Notes: generated from the sequence alone by a model not told the origin. A DNA stretch of 64,000 nucleotides from an uncultured Gemmatimonadaceae bacterium (GCA_963740355.1 CAVUDW010000003.1:1056001-1120000); one strand, 5' to 3'; positions 32,402 through 42,712 are shown, counted from the first letter of the stretch. Translations and numbers: made by a program.

Positions 32402-33205
32402 TCAGTACTGCGTGAGTGTGCCGGCACGGCGCGCGTGCTGCAGCGCCAGATGGAAGCAGGCGCCGCCAAGCACGAGGCCCGCCAGCGAAAACAGCGACAG
32501 CTGCAGCAGGTCAGGCAACACCGCCGACAGCGACACATCCTTCAACAGCAACTGCCGCGCGGCGCGCAAGGCGGGCGTCATCGGCACGAAGCTCGCGAAT
32601 GGCGCAAACGCGGGCGGCAGGACGGTGACCGGGAAATACACGGTGCCGAGCAATGTCGATGCGGTGAGTACCGCCTGCGGAATGAAGAGCGATGATCGCA
32701 CCGCCAGCACGACGGCGCCGGCGATCAGCCCAATGCCCAGATACGCCGCGCCGAGCAGGCACATGATCACCACGAATTCCATCATGCGCGGCCATGCGAT
32801 GGTGGATGTCGCCCAGATCCATGCGGTCACCAGCAACACCAGTGATCGTAACGCGACCCACCCGAAACCGTACGCAGACAAGCCACCGATCATCGACGGC
32901 CACCGAATCGGGGTGGTGAGCAGCTGCTCGAGCGTGCCGGAAGTGATGTAGCTGTTGATCAACGACGGAATCGCCGACACCGCTTCGGCAATCACGAACG
33001 ACGCCACCGACCCGACGATCAGGTACGTGAAGTATTCCGACGACTCGGCCGCGATCGCCTTGGCGGCCAGCGGCTGCAGGGCACCCGCGATGAAATACAC
33101 CGGGATGACGGCGATCAGCACCGACAACAAGCTCACGAGGGTGCGCGTGCGGTACGTGACCATGCTCAGCGTGTACGCGCGCGCCACCGCAAGCAGTCTA
33201 CGCAT
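32402..33205 (-). CDS. ABC-2 type transporter permease
   Basis: About 6 TM segments, GTLEQLLTTP, GTVYFPV..LP; overlaps ATPase stop. Confidence 0.85.
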   Translation of the reverse strand: MRRLLAVARAYTLSMVTYRTRTLVSLLSVLIAVIPVYFIAGALQPLAAKAIAAESSEYFTYLIVGSVASFVIAEAVSAIPSLINSYITSGTLEQLLTTPIRWPSMIGGLSAYGFGWVALRSLVLLVTAWIWATSTIAWPRMMEFVVIMCLLGAAYLGIGLIAGAVVLAVRSSLFIPQAVLTASTLLGTVYFPVTVLPPAFAPFASFVPMTPALRAARQLLLKDVSLSAVLPDLLQLSLFSLAGLVLGGACFHLALQHARRAGTLTQY

Positions 33206-34223
33206 GGCGGACTCCCCCCGCGGGCATCGCGCTCACACCGACGGATTCCAGCAGATCCGCCAGCGTCAGCGCGAGCGGCGCAAACTCCGCCACGCGAACG
33301 CCAGCGCGCACCAGTGCCTCGACCACGACAGGCGCGTGCGCGGCATCCGGGAGCGTTGCCTCGAGCAGGACGAAGCCATCCAGCGGCGGCGTGATCACGT
33401 CGACGGGAAGGTGGAGTAACACGCGTGCGCGCGCTTCATGAGCGGCTTCGACACGCACACGGACCCGCGCGCCACCGACCCTGGAGGCCAGTTGCTGCAA
33501 CGAGTCGGTAGCCACCACTCGCCCTCGCACCATCAACGCAGCGCGATCACACAACTGCATTGCTTCTTCCGTGTTGTGTGTGGCCAGCACGATGGTGGCG
33601 CCGAGTTGCGTGCAGAGCACGTCCCGGATGAACCGGCGAAGCTCACGCGCCGTGATCGGATCGAGGCTGCGCGTCGGTTCATCGAGGATGAGAATCGGCG
33701 GACGTGTGACCAGCGCGCGCGCAATCAACGTCCGCTGGCGCATCCCGGATGAAAAGCTGCCCACCTGCTGACGACCCACGTGCGACAGCCCGACGAGTTC
33801 CAGCGCACTGGCGACGGCAGTGTCGCGCGCCTCGCCGCGGAGCCCGTAAAGCGAGGCGAAGAGCCGAACATTCTCGGCGGCACTGATGCGCCAGAACAAC
33901 GCCCGTTCATCCGCCGGCACAACCGCGAGGCGCGTGCGAACCGCCGCGGGATCGGCGAGTGCATCGACACCATCCACCATCACGCTGCCGCGCTCTGGAA
34001 GCAGCACCGTCGAGAGGATCTTCAGCAGCGTCGTCTTCCCCGCGCCGTTGGCGCCGACGAGCCCGAAGATTTCGCCACGCTGCACGGTGAGACTGACGGC
34101 ATCGAGCACCGCGCGTTGCTGTGTGCCAGGTGCGTGCCGAAGGCGACGGAGCAGTCCGCGGTCGGCACGGAAGAACTTCGACACATCGCGAAGCGCGATC
34201 GCCGGATCGGCACCCTCGGTCAT
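33198..34223 (-). CDS. ABC transporter ATP-binding protein
   Basis: GANGAGKTT Walker A, FSSGMRQR signature, ILDEPT Walker B; start MTEGAD by ATGA overlap with kinase stop. Confidence 0.92.
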   Translation of the reverse strand: MTEGADPAIALRDVSKFFRADRGLLRRLRHAPGTQQRAVLDAVSLTVQRGEIFGLVGANGAGKTTLLKILSTVLLPERGSVMVDGVDALADPAAVRTRLAVVPADERALFWRISAAENVRLFASLYGLRGEARDTAVASALELVGLSHVGRQQVGSFSSGMRQRTLIARALVTRPPILILDEPTRSLDPITARELRRFIRDVLCTQLGATIVLATHNTEEAMQLCDRAALMVRGRVVATDSLQQLASRVGGARVRVRVEAAHEARARVLLHLPVDVITPPLDGFVLLEATLPDAAHAPVVVEALVRAGVRVAEFAPLALTLADLLESVGVSAMPAGGVRHA

Positions 34224-35203
34224 GCTGGCACGCTGTCGTTCGCCGGTGCGTGACCATGCCACTGCAGCAACATGTCGATCACTGCACCGAGCCGAGACAG
34301 GTCGCGTGGCACAGCAAGATCGAACACCGCGGTGGCCTGTGCGATGTCGATGCAGCGCGTGAGCGCATCACCGGCAGCATCGGCGCCAAGGAGTTCCGTG
34401 ATCTTTCCATTCGAGAGTAACGCAAGCGCTGCGGCGCGCGTTGTACGAGGCGCACGCGCGACGTCCGCATCGGGCGACACTGGCGAGAGCACGTAGACGG
34501 CAGCCAGCGGAAGTGCGTCCGTGGCCACGTCGGCAACCACGCGCACTTTCCCCCAGTCATCGACAGTGCTCGACGCAACACCGACGGCTCGTGCGGTTTC
34601 GGCGCGCAATCGAAGCGGCAGTCCAGTCGGCGTCACTGTGACGCCGTGCGCACTCTGTCGCAGCACGACGACATCGTCGGCGACGAGGGCGCATCCGGCC
34701 TGCAGGCACGCAGTGGCGAGCGTGGACTTGCCCGTGCCACGTGGAGCGACGAATGCCACAACACCATCACCCATCACAACCGCGCTGGCGTGCATGCACC
34801 AGTCGCCGTCGCGGTGCAGTGCGTACGGCAACACCACACCGATCAGGTCAAGCGCGACCGCACTGCGGTCCACTCCCGAGGGTGCGAGGTGCGCAATCCG
34901 CCGACCGTCGTTCGAAAGCGTGAAGCGCCCGGTGTCAGTGACGAGGATCTCCGCACCGCCGACGCCTGTCGCAAGCGTCACATCGATGCCGTTCGAATAG
35001 GTGTGTCGCCCGATGATGGTTGCGGCCGGGTCGTGCTCGATGGCTCCCACATCCGACGGCGTCGTACACAGCTCCCAGAACGGGAACTGCCCATCACCGG
35101 GAGCGGCGACAGGCAGGCCAGGAAGTGGGCGATCGGTGGCGAGCACTCTGCCAAACACACGAACCCGCCCCGGCGCGAGATGCGCAGCTGGAGCGGGCTG
35201 CAT
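34220..35203 (-). CDS. HPr kinase-like RiPP kinase
   Basis: MHASAV...APRGTGKST...LVADDVVVL motifs; start re-placed at MQPAPA, 4 nt after the precursor stop. Confidence 0.8.
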   Translation of the reverse strand: MQPAPAAHLAPGRVRVFGRVLATDRPLPGLPVAAPGDGQFPFWELCTTPSDVGAIEHDPAATIIGRHTYSNGIDVTLATGVGGAEILVTDTGRFTLSNDGRRIAHLAPSGVDRSAVALDLIGVVLPYALHRDGDWCMHASAVVMGDGVVAFVAPRGTGKSTLATACLQAGCALVADDVVVLRQSAHGVTVTPTGLPLRLRAETARAVGVASSTVDDWGKVRVVADVATDALPLAAVYVLSPVSPDADVARAPRTTRAAALALLSNGKITELLGADAAGDALTRCIDIAQATAVFDLAVPRDLSRLGAVIDMLLQWHGHAPANDSVPA

Positions 35204-35207
35204 CACA

Positions 35208-35378
35208 TCAGGAACGCGTTCCGCCGCCTGGTGGCGTCGTCTCACCCGGAATGCAGTCACAGGAGGCGACGGAGCCATTGATGACATTCGAATTCAGCGC
35301 AAATGCCCCGAGGTTCAGCGACACCTGGGTCAGCTCGCGAAACGTGCCATAGCGCTCGAGGCGCGGCCGCTCGTACAT
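35208..35378 (-). CDS. lasso-type RiPP precursor peptide (56 aa)
   Basis: MYERPRLERYGTFRELTQ|VSLNLGAFALNSNVINGSVASCDCIPGETTPPGGGTRS; YxxPxL and GxxxxxTx leader; GAGAGG RBS. Confidence 0.85.
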   Translation of the reverse strand: MYERPRLERYGTFRELTQVSLNLGAFALNSNVINGSVASCDCIPGETTPPGGGTRS

Positions 35379-35471
35379 GGAATGCCTCTCAGTCATCTGG
35401 CAAAAAGTGTCGGATGCGCGCCACAGAGACAAGGGCTCTGTGGCATATCTCCACCGCTGCGACGCCCTAAG

Positions 35472-35912
35472 TCAGCGCAGCGTCACACCTTGGAGCGAGG
35501 AAAACCCTCCCCGCAGTGCTTCAGGCTCGGCAATTGGTGTGCCGTCCTGCTCCACCCAGGCGTGGGCCTCGAAGCCCGACGGACCTCGCCGGACCCCGAT
35601 GCGCACCACGGCCCTTGGCAAGCCGTGCTGGGTCACCAGTTCGCGGAGCGCGCTGGCCCGCACGAGGCAGGCCGAGTCACCGGGAAGCCAGCGGAGGGCC
35701 CGATCGACCGCCGCGCCCCAGCGCTCTGCGTGGCGGCGGTCCGCCGGCGACAGTGCCGACTCTCGTCTGGACTCAACAGACTCGGAGACATCATCGGCGG
35801 TGCGTTCAACGAGGGTTCCGACCGGGCGACCCGCCACGAGGCGGCGGGCCCGAACCACGGCCACTGCCGCCAGGCCGACATCGAATGCGGCTCGGGCCTT
35901 CCGCACCAGCAC
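35472..35912 (-). CDS. lasso peptide B2-type leader peptidase (transglutaminase-like)
   Basis: SACLVRASAL...VRIGV...FEAHAWVE (Cys-His catalytic motifs). Confidence 0.88.
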   Translation of the reverse strand: MLVRKARAAFDVGLAAVAVVRARRLVAGRPVGTLVERTADDVSESVESRRESALSPADRRHAERWGAAVDRALRWLPGDSACLVRASALRELVTQHGLPRAVVRIGVRRGPSGFEAHAWVEQDGTPIAEPEALRGGFSSLQGVTLR

Positions 35913-35917
35913 GCTGG

Positions 35918-36202
35918 TCAGCCCAGCGTTGCAGCGGTGTCCACGAGCAGCCCTTCGATCGACAGGTCCGCCAGCAACTCGCGGACGTGGCAGACTACGT
36001 CGGTCGCGCCTGCGTCAGGCCAGCGCTCGCGAACGGCGGCGGCCAGCGCCTCCTCGGACGACGCGCCGCTGGCCAAGGCCTGCCAGATCACGGTGCCGGT
36101 TTCATTCAGACCGAAATACACCTCGGTCAGCGGATGAAAGAGCACGCTGCCGTCGGGCAGTGTGCGCGTGACCACATCGGGGTGCGGAACGGGAAGCGAC
36201 AT
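35918..36202 (-). CDS. PqqD-family RiPP recognition element (lasso B1-type)
   Basis: DGSVLFHP..EVYFGLNETGTVIWQAL...VRELLADLSIEGLL. Confidence 0.88.
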   Translation of the reverse strand: MSLPVPHPDVVTRTLPDGSVLFHPLTEVYFGLNETGTVIWQALASGASSEEALAAAVRERWPDAGATDVVCHVRELLADLSIEGLLVDTAATLG

Positions 36203-36389
36203 CGAGACGGAAAAGGGAATCGGCATCCGGAAGTGAGACGCGCGGGATGCATTCGGGAAACGCACAAAGCGCTCCATCGCGGCAGGGGGTCGCGCACTGC
36301 GACCACCGACCGCGCGCCCTGATACAGACCCCTTCACCTCACGTTCCGTTAAGCAACGAACTCAGCCGAAACAACGTGCCCGCTCTCGT

Positions 36390-37727
36390 TCAGCGTCCAG
36401 GTGCAGGAGCCGATGCAACGCCGCTGACCAGTTTCCCTTCCTTCATCACCATCCGCACACGCTCGATCGCCGCGATCTCACGCGTCGGATCGCCATCGAC
36501 GGCCACGAGGTCGGCCAACATGCCCGGTGCCACGGTGCCGATCCGGTCGCCCATGTCGAGCACCTTGGCGGCAGCAGAGGTGGCGGAGACCAGCGCCTGT
36601 GTCGGTGTGAGGCCGTACTCCACCATCAGGATGGGTTCCCGCGCATTGGTGCCGTGCGTGAACACACCGACGTCACTGCCGTTCGCAATCGTGACGCCGG
36701 CGTCGATCGCCATCTTCACGCTCGCCCGCTTGGCGGTGATGCGCGCGGGTTCCGCACCGGTGCCCTTCTTCCAGCCACCGTACTGCGAGACGGCATCTCC
36801 AGCGGCGACCGTCGGCACCAGCACGACACCACGTTCCTTCATCAGGCGAAAGACTTCCGGCGTGCCATCGTCGCCATGGTCGATGGTTTTCACGCCCGCG
36901 AGAATCGCGCGCCGCATGCCTTCCGGTGTCGTCGAGTGGGCGACGACGTGCCGCCCGCTCGACTCAGCGATTTCAACCACCAGGTTCAATTCGGCCTGCG
37001 TGAAGGCCGGGCGCGCACTGCCATTCGCGCCCCAGCGATAGTCCGCGTAGATCTTGATCCAGTCCGCACCACGGCGGATCTGGTCGCGCACCACACGCGA
37101 CAGTTCTTCCGGCCCGGCAGCCTCCTCGGCGCCTTGCGGCACATCGACTTCCGGTGCGAAGCCACCCGGTCCGTAACTGCCGCGCATCACGATGGCGCGC
37201 GTGACGACGACGAGGCGTGGCCCTTCGATGATGCCCTGCTCGACCGCCTTCTTGAGCCCCACGTCCGCGTCAGCCGCGCCTTCAGTACCGAGGTCGCGCA
37301 AGGTGGTGAATCCTGCGCGCAGTGTGCGCTGCATGCTGACGGTCGCGCGGGCGACGCGAAGTCCGAGTGGCTCCTTGAGCACCTGATCATTCCACGTCGC
37401 TTCGTTGTACGGGTGCAGCAGCACATGCGAGTGGAGGTCGATCATGCCCGGCATCAACGTCATGCCAGGCAGGTCGATGACCGTCGCATCGCTTGGTGCC
37501 TTCACGCTTGCCGGTGAACCCACCGCCGTGATGCGGCCATTCTGCACCAACACCACCACGCCGGACTGCGGAGCCTGGCCCGTGCCATCGAAGACACGCG
37601 CCGGCTTGAGCAGGTAGCTGACCGATACGGCGGCGACGGGGGCTGCCTGTGCTGCGACCAGTGACGGCACGAGTGCTGCGACTGCGGACACACATCGGAG
37701 AACACGTGCGAAGGGCATGAGCATCAT
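36390..37727 (-). CDS. secreted metal-dependent amidohydrolase (prolidase-like group)
   Basis: [35 protein letters not shown] motifs; signal peptide. Confidence 0.88.
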   Translation of the reverse strand: MMLMPFARVLRCVSAVAALVPSLVAAQAAPVAAVSVSYLLKPARVFDGTGQAPQSGVVVLVQNGRITAVGSPASVKAPSDATVIDLPGMTLMPGMIDLHSHVLLHPYNEATWNDQVLKEPLGLRVARATVSMQRTLRAGFTTLRDLGTEGAADADVGLKKAVEQGIIEGPRLVVVTRAIVMRGSYGPGGFAPEVDVPQGAEEAAGPEELSRVVRDQIRRGADWIKIYADYRWGANGSARPAFTQAELNLVVEIAESSGRHVVAHSTTPEGMRRAILAGVKTIDHGDDGTPEVFRLMKERGVVLVPTVAAGDAVSQYGGWKKGTGAEPARITAKRASVKMAIDAGVTIANGSDVGVFTHGTNAREPILMVEYGLTPTQALVSATSAAAKVLDMGDRIGTVAPGMLADLVAVDGDPTREIAAIERVRMVMKEGKLVSGVASAPAPGR

Positions 37728-39817
37728 CGTGAGCAGAGTGAGGGGCGTGCGGCGCTCGACGCGGGCGAAGTGGCAGCGGGTGATGCCGGTGCCGCAATCG
37801 ATGATGCATCGCGCGGCCAGACGTTGTCGGATGGGTCTCGATCGGGAAAACGACAGCCCGGATCAAAGAGCACCTGCGTGATGCGACGATTGCCGAAGTT
37901 GAGCACTGCGTCGAAGGTGCGCTTGCCACCGAACCAGACATCGACCGGCCAGGTGACGATGGCCGTCACGCTGTCCTGCATGACGGCGTTCGGCATCGGC
38001 TTGATCGCTGGGCCGGTGGCATCGAATCGCACGCGCAGCACGACCGGTGATGGCATCTGTCCATCCTGTCGCACAGTGACGGTGGTGCGCGATCCTTTCA
38101 CTGCCAGGTTCGCGATCGAACCGTCGACACGTTCGGTGGTGAAGAGCCAGGAATACCAGAACCACCCGAGATCACGATTGAGGGCCTTGTTCATGAAGAA
38201 CATGTAGTCCCACGGCGACGGATGCTTGAACATCCAGGCGGTCGCCCATTCACGCTGCGCGCGCCGTACTGCCGAATCGCCGACCACACCACCGAGCATC
38301 GACAGCATCAACGGCGTCTTGCCATAGGTGGTGAAGCTGTACGAGGGGCCGGCGTAGTTCGCGTTCCACATCATTGGCGGCTCGCTCTCACTGCCGCTGG
38401 TGAGGCCGTACGACTGTCCCAGGCGATCGAGATTCGGCGACTGCTTCGTGTTGTCGGCCGCCGAGAGGATGTTCATGTACTGGTTGAATCCTTCATCCAT
38501 CCAGCCGTACCAGGTCTCGTTGTTGCTCACCACCATCGGCCACCACTGATGCCCGGTTTCGTGATCGGCGGCGCCCTGATTGGAATTGATCACCATCGGG
38601 TATTCCATGCCGGCACTGGGCCCGTCCTGCAGCGTCAGTTGCGGGAACTGGTACGGGAACCAGAGTGCAGAGTAGAACTCGAGCGCATGGCGCGTGATGC
38701 GACCCGCATTGGCGAACAGGGCTTCCCGTCCCGGCAGGTAGACCATGTGCACCGGCACCGGACCCTTGCCAGGTATGGTGGCGCGTGTTGCCTGCCAGAC
38801 GAACTTCTTCGCCGTGGCCCATGCAAAGTCATTGACGTTGTCGGCCACGAGGTGCCACACCAGTCGATCACCAATCGCCGTGGCCTGCCCCGGGCCAATT
38901 TCAGTCGGACCGACGATGGTGACGATGCTGTCGCTCTCCAGCACGCGCGCGAGACTGGCACGTGCAGCGGCCGTAAGCACCTGATCCGGATTCTGCAGCA
39001 CGCCGGTGCCGCTGACGATCCAGCCTCCGGGCACATCGATCTTCACATCGAAGCGGCCGAAGTTGTTGTAGAACTCTGACGGGCCCAGATACAGCTCCGG
39101 ATCCCAGCCACGCAGGTCGTCATAGACGGCGATGCGCGGGAACCACTGTGTGGGCTGAAAGAGTGAATCAGCCCAGCGTTGTGTCATGCGATGGCCAGAC
39201 CCTGGCCCGCCCGGCAGCGCGTGGTTCCACTCGATGTCGATGGTGGCACTGCCGTTCGGTGCAATGGCGGATGCGAGGAAGAGTCGCGCGAGCGTGGACT
39301 TCAGGTTCACCACGGCGGCTTCGGTGGCGACGGCGCCGCGTGAGGGCGGCGGCGCGTCGAACCGCACCGGCTTGCCATTGACGCGAATGGCCGTGACCAC
39401 CATGCCGTCGGTCAGCTGCGCCGGCACCCACGGCAATGCGCGTGGATTGGTCCCGATGAAATGGTTGGCATCCAGCCGCAGTGCGATCTGCGAGAGCGAG
39501 TCGGGGCTGGCGTTGTGAAGCGTGATCGTCTCGCGCCCACTCAGACGCTGGGCGGGCACATCGAGTCGCGCCTGGATGACATAGTCGGTGCGCAGTTGCC
39601 AGTATTTCGCGCCGGGCTTGCCGGTGGAGTCGCGGGTCCCGGCACGAAACGCGGCGCGGATCGCGTCGGTCATCGGGATGTCGCGACGGATGGCGCGGTC
39701 GGGCCAGGCTGACGGAGCGGACTGGGCAAGCGCTGTGGACGCTGCCAATACGAGGATGGCGGGGAGTCGAAGCACGGGCGAACAGGCCCGGATGTGGCGT
39801 ACGATTTGGCAAGGCAT
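37724..39817 (-). CDS. secreted M1-family metallo-aminopeptidase
   Basis: [13 protein letters not shown] and downstream WMDEG; start position uncertain. Confidence 0.85.
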   Translation of the reverse strand: MPCQIVRHIRACSPVLRLPAILVLAASTALAQSAPSAWPDRAIRRDIPMTDAIRAAFRAGTRDSTGKPGAKYWQLRTDYVIQARLDVPAQRLSGRETITLHNASPDSLSQIALRLDANHFIGTNPRALPWVPAQLTDGMVVTAIRVNGKPVRFDAPPPSRGAVATEAAVVNLKSTLARLFLASAIAPNGSATIDIEWNHALPGGPGSGHRMTQRWADSLFQPTQWFPRIAVYDDLRGWDPELYLGPSEFYNNFGRFDVKIDVPGGWIVSGTGVLQNPDQVLTAAARASLARVLESDSIVTIVGPTEIGPGQATAIGDRLVWHLVADNVNDFAWATAKKFVWQATRATIPGKGPVPVHMVYLPGREALFANAGRITRHALEFYSALWFPYQFPQLTLQDGPSAGMEYPMVINSNQGAADHETGHQWWPMVVSNNETWYGWMDEGFNQYMNILSAADNTKQSPNLDRLGQSYGLTSGSESEPPMMWNANYAGPSYSFTTYGKTPLMLSMLGGVVGDSAVRRAQREWATAWMFKHPSPWDYMFFMNKALNRDLGWFWYSWLFTTERVDGSIANLAVKGSRTTVTVRQDGQMPSPVVLRVRFDATGPAIKPMPNAVMQDSVTAIVTWPVDVWFGGKRTFDAVLNFGNRRITQVLFDPGCRFPDRDPSDNVWPRDASSIAAPASPAATSPASSAARPSLCSR

Positions 39818-39863
39818 GCGGAATCGTCGACCACAACGACCGCAGGCGCAAGAGCGGCGGGTA

Positions 39864-41282
39864 CTATTCGCCGAGCGCGAGCACCGACGCCACGGCGGCG
39901 AGCGTGCGCCGCACATCCTCCGCATTCGTGCGCCAGTTCACGACGCTGACACGCATGGCCCGCTGTCCCTGCCACGTGGTGCCGCTGAAAAAGGCCTCGC
40001 CGGTGGCATTCACGCCCTCGATCACGGCATCGGTACGCCGGTCGTGATCGGCGCTCGTTGCCCCCAGGCGCGGGTCGAGGAACCGCACCAGACCCTGATT
40101 CAGGTTCGGTTCCCAGAGCACCTCGGCGCCTGGCAACGCGCCGATGCCGGTGACGATGGAGTGGCAGTGTGCACAGTCGCGATCGATCAGGTCGGCGAGG
40201 CCGTTGCGGCCCATTTCCCGAAGGGCCGCAAAGACGGCGAACCCACGCGCACGACGTGACCACTCCGGATTCCAGTCGATCTGGCTCCGTACATCGGTGT
40301 TCTCGGAGATGTACGAGGCCGAGAGTGTCATGGAAGCGCGATGCGCCTCGCGGTCACGCACGACGGCAAAGCCGCAGTCGTACGGTACGTTGAGCCACTT
40401 GTGTGCATCGGTGGCCCAGCTGTCCGCGAGCTCGACGCCGCGCAGCAGTTCTCGCTTGGTCGCGCTGGCACGCGCCATCAGGCCGAACGCACCGTCGATG
40501 TGCACCCAGGCGCCAGCAGCATGCGCGATCGGGATGAGCGTCGCAAAATCATCGATGGCACCGATGTTGAGGTCCGCGGCATCGAGCACCACGATCGTCG
40601 GTCCAGCGTGTGCGGCCAGCGCTGCGGCGAGCGTCCTGGCTTCGACGACGCCTATGTGGTTGGTGGGCAGCGCCACCAACGCATTGCTGCCGATACCGAG
40701 GAAGCGAATCGCGCGATCGATCGAGCCGTGGCGATGTTCACTGGTCAGGACACGAATCGCTGGCGCACCAAACAATCCATCGCCGTGCACATCCCAGCCC
40801 GCGCGTGAAAGGACTGCATGACGGGCGGCGGCAAGCGCGGTGAAATGCGCCAGTTGGCAGCCAGTGGTGAACGCGAATGATGCATCGCGCGGCAGGTCGA
40901 GCACGTCGAGCAACCATGCGCCCGCTACTTCCTCGACGACGGCCGCCGCCGGCGCCGTGGAATAGATGGCGGCATTCTGATCCCACGCGCACGTCAACCA
41001 ATCCGCCGCCAGCGCCGATGGCAGCGCCCCGCCGATGACCCAGGCGAAAAATCGTCCGCTGACCGCGGCATGCAATCCGCCATCGGTCATCGCGACGAGG
41101 TCGTCGATCACCTGCTCCGCGCTGACGCCATCCGCTTCGAGTGCGATGTGCATCCTGCGCCGCAACTCGGCGGCGGAAGCGGTGGCGCCGACCGAGCGGG
41201 TATCGATGCCGTCGAGCCACGCGAGCGCAGCAGCGTGCGCGCGCTCGAGGGCCGCGTGTGCGGTGGGGTGGGGCGTGGTCAT
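39864..41282 (-). CDS. PLP-dependent (group II) amino-acid decarboxylase
   Basis: WVHIDGAFG, DSWATDAHKWLNVPYDCG (PLP lysine). Confidence 0.88.
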   Translation of the reverse strand: MTTPHPTAHAALERAHAAALAWLDGIDTRSVGATASAAELRRRMHIALEADGVSAEQVIDDLVAMTDGGLHAAVSGRFFAWVIGGALPSALAADWLTCAWDQNAAIYSTAPAAAVVEEVAGAWLLDVLDLPRDASFAFTTGCQLAHFTALAAARHAVLSRAGWDVHGDGLFGAPAIRVLTSEHRHGSIDRAIRFLGIGSNALVALPTNHIGVVEARTLAAALAAHAGPTIVVLDAADLNIGAIDDFATLIPIAHAAGAWVHIDGAFGLMARASATKRELLRGVELADSWATDAHKWLNVPYDCGFAVVRDREAHRASMTLSASYISENTDVRSQIDWNPEWSRRARGFAVFAALREMGRNGLADLIDRDCAHCHSIVTGIGALPGAEVLWEPNLNQGLVRFLDPRLGATSADHDRRTDAVIEGVNATGEAFFSGTTWQGQRAMRVSVVNWRTNAEDVRRTLAAVASVLALGE

Positions 41283-41333
41283 GGTGCGGGCGTGAACGGA
41301 GGCACGGGAGGCAAATCGGCCGAGAGGGTGCGC

Positions 41334-41534
41334 GGCATTTTCGCAGGGTAACGTATTGGTGCGTCTGGAGTTAGCACGCGATCAAGGGGTCGGAGATCTT
41401 GGTCGATCAAGGGGTCAGAGATCTTGGTCGGCCGATTGCAGGCGTAAGCGGTTGCTGCATATGGAGTTAGCATCTGATCAAGATCTCCGACCCCTTGGTC
41501 TTCCGACGCGTTGATCAGGTCCGACCCGTGGATC
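41334..41534. repeat. REP-like cluster 1 (25-bp GATCAAGGGGTC(A/G)GAGATCTTG(A/G)TC units)
   Basis: Copies at 41380-41404 and 41405-41429, inverted 41476-41500, degenerate near 41513-41534. Confidence 0.85.
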
Positions 41535-41585
41535 TTCCTGCCGCCGTCTGTCGCCGGCCATGGTTCACGTCCCTGCGCTTGTCCA

Positions 41586-41626
41586 GCAAAACCAAAACGC
41601 CCCCCGGATAACCGGGAGGCGTTCTG
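41586..41626 (-). terminator. intrinsic terminator after rpsG
   Basis: Minus strand AACGCCTCCCGG-TTAT-CCGGGGGGCGTT then TTGGTTTT. Confidence 0.8.
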
Positions 41627-41646
41627 TACTGCGACGGAATCGACGA

Positions 41647-42113
41647 CTACCAGCGGTAGTGCGCGAAGGCCTTGTTGGCCTCGGCCATGCGGTGCGTGTC
41701 TTCCTTCTTCTTGATCGCGTTGCCTTCGCCCTTGCTGGCGGCGATGACTTCCGCAGCCAGGCGCTCCGGCATCGACTTCTCGTTGCGATCGCGCGAATAG
41801 CTGATCAACCAACGCATCGCGAGCGCCGTGCGGCGATCGGGACGGACTTCGACCGGCACCTGATACGTGGCACCGCCGACGCGGCGGCTCTTCACTTCCA
41901 CGACCGGCTTCAGGTTCGTCAGGGCCTGCTTGAAGATGTTCACGCCCGGCTGGCTGGTGCGTGCTTCCACCAGGTCCATCGCGGCGTAGAAGATCTTCTC
42001 TGACGTGGCCTTGCGACCCTGCAGCATCAGGTTGTTGATGAACTTGCTGACAGTCTGGCTGTCGTAGCGGGCATCAGGCAGGATGATGCGCTTTACGGAC
42101 TTTTTGCGGCGGC

Positions 42114-42117
<4 letters not shown>
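41647..42117 (-). CDS. rpsG: 30S ribosomal protein S7
   Basis: [30 protein letters not shown]. Confidence 0.98.
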
Positions 42118-42530
<413 letters not shown>

Positions 42531-42605
42531 TGCCTCTGAGTGTTCGGACCCCGACATCTACGTGGATCGCTCCCCGGGGCGGGGGCGGCACGGAACAGAC
42601 CTGCA

Positions 42606-42635
42606 AACCTAGGTGGTCAGGGGGGTGAGCGTCAA
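42606..42635 (-). promoter_or_regulatory. putative sigma70 promoter for rpsL
   Basis: TTGACG-N18-TAGGTT on the minus strand. Confidence 0.45.
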
Positions 42636-42712
42636 CCGCAGACTTTCGCGCGTACCCAATCAGGGGGATCAATTCGGGTCCCCGACGAGTCAACCGCGCA
42701 CCCCTACGAACG

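Noticed and set aside
35204..35432. ORF-track starts for the kinase (35287) and precursor (35432)
   Set aside because: They overlap each other; the RBS and leader motif support 35378 for the precursor, and 35203 fits the kinase.
31175..36202. PQQ biosynthesis, or a canonical complete lasso cluster
   Set aside because: PqqD here is an RRE beside a B2 protease; there is no pqqB/C/E or radical SAM gene, and no cyclase in the window.
30890..41646. Prophage, ICE or transposon explanation for the insert
   Set aside because: No integrase, transposase, phage genes or att-like direct repeats were recognised.
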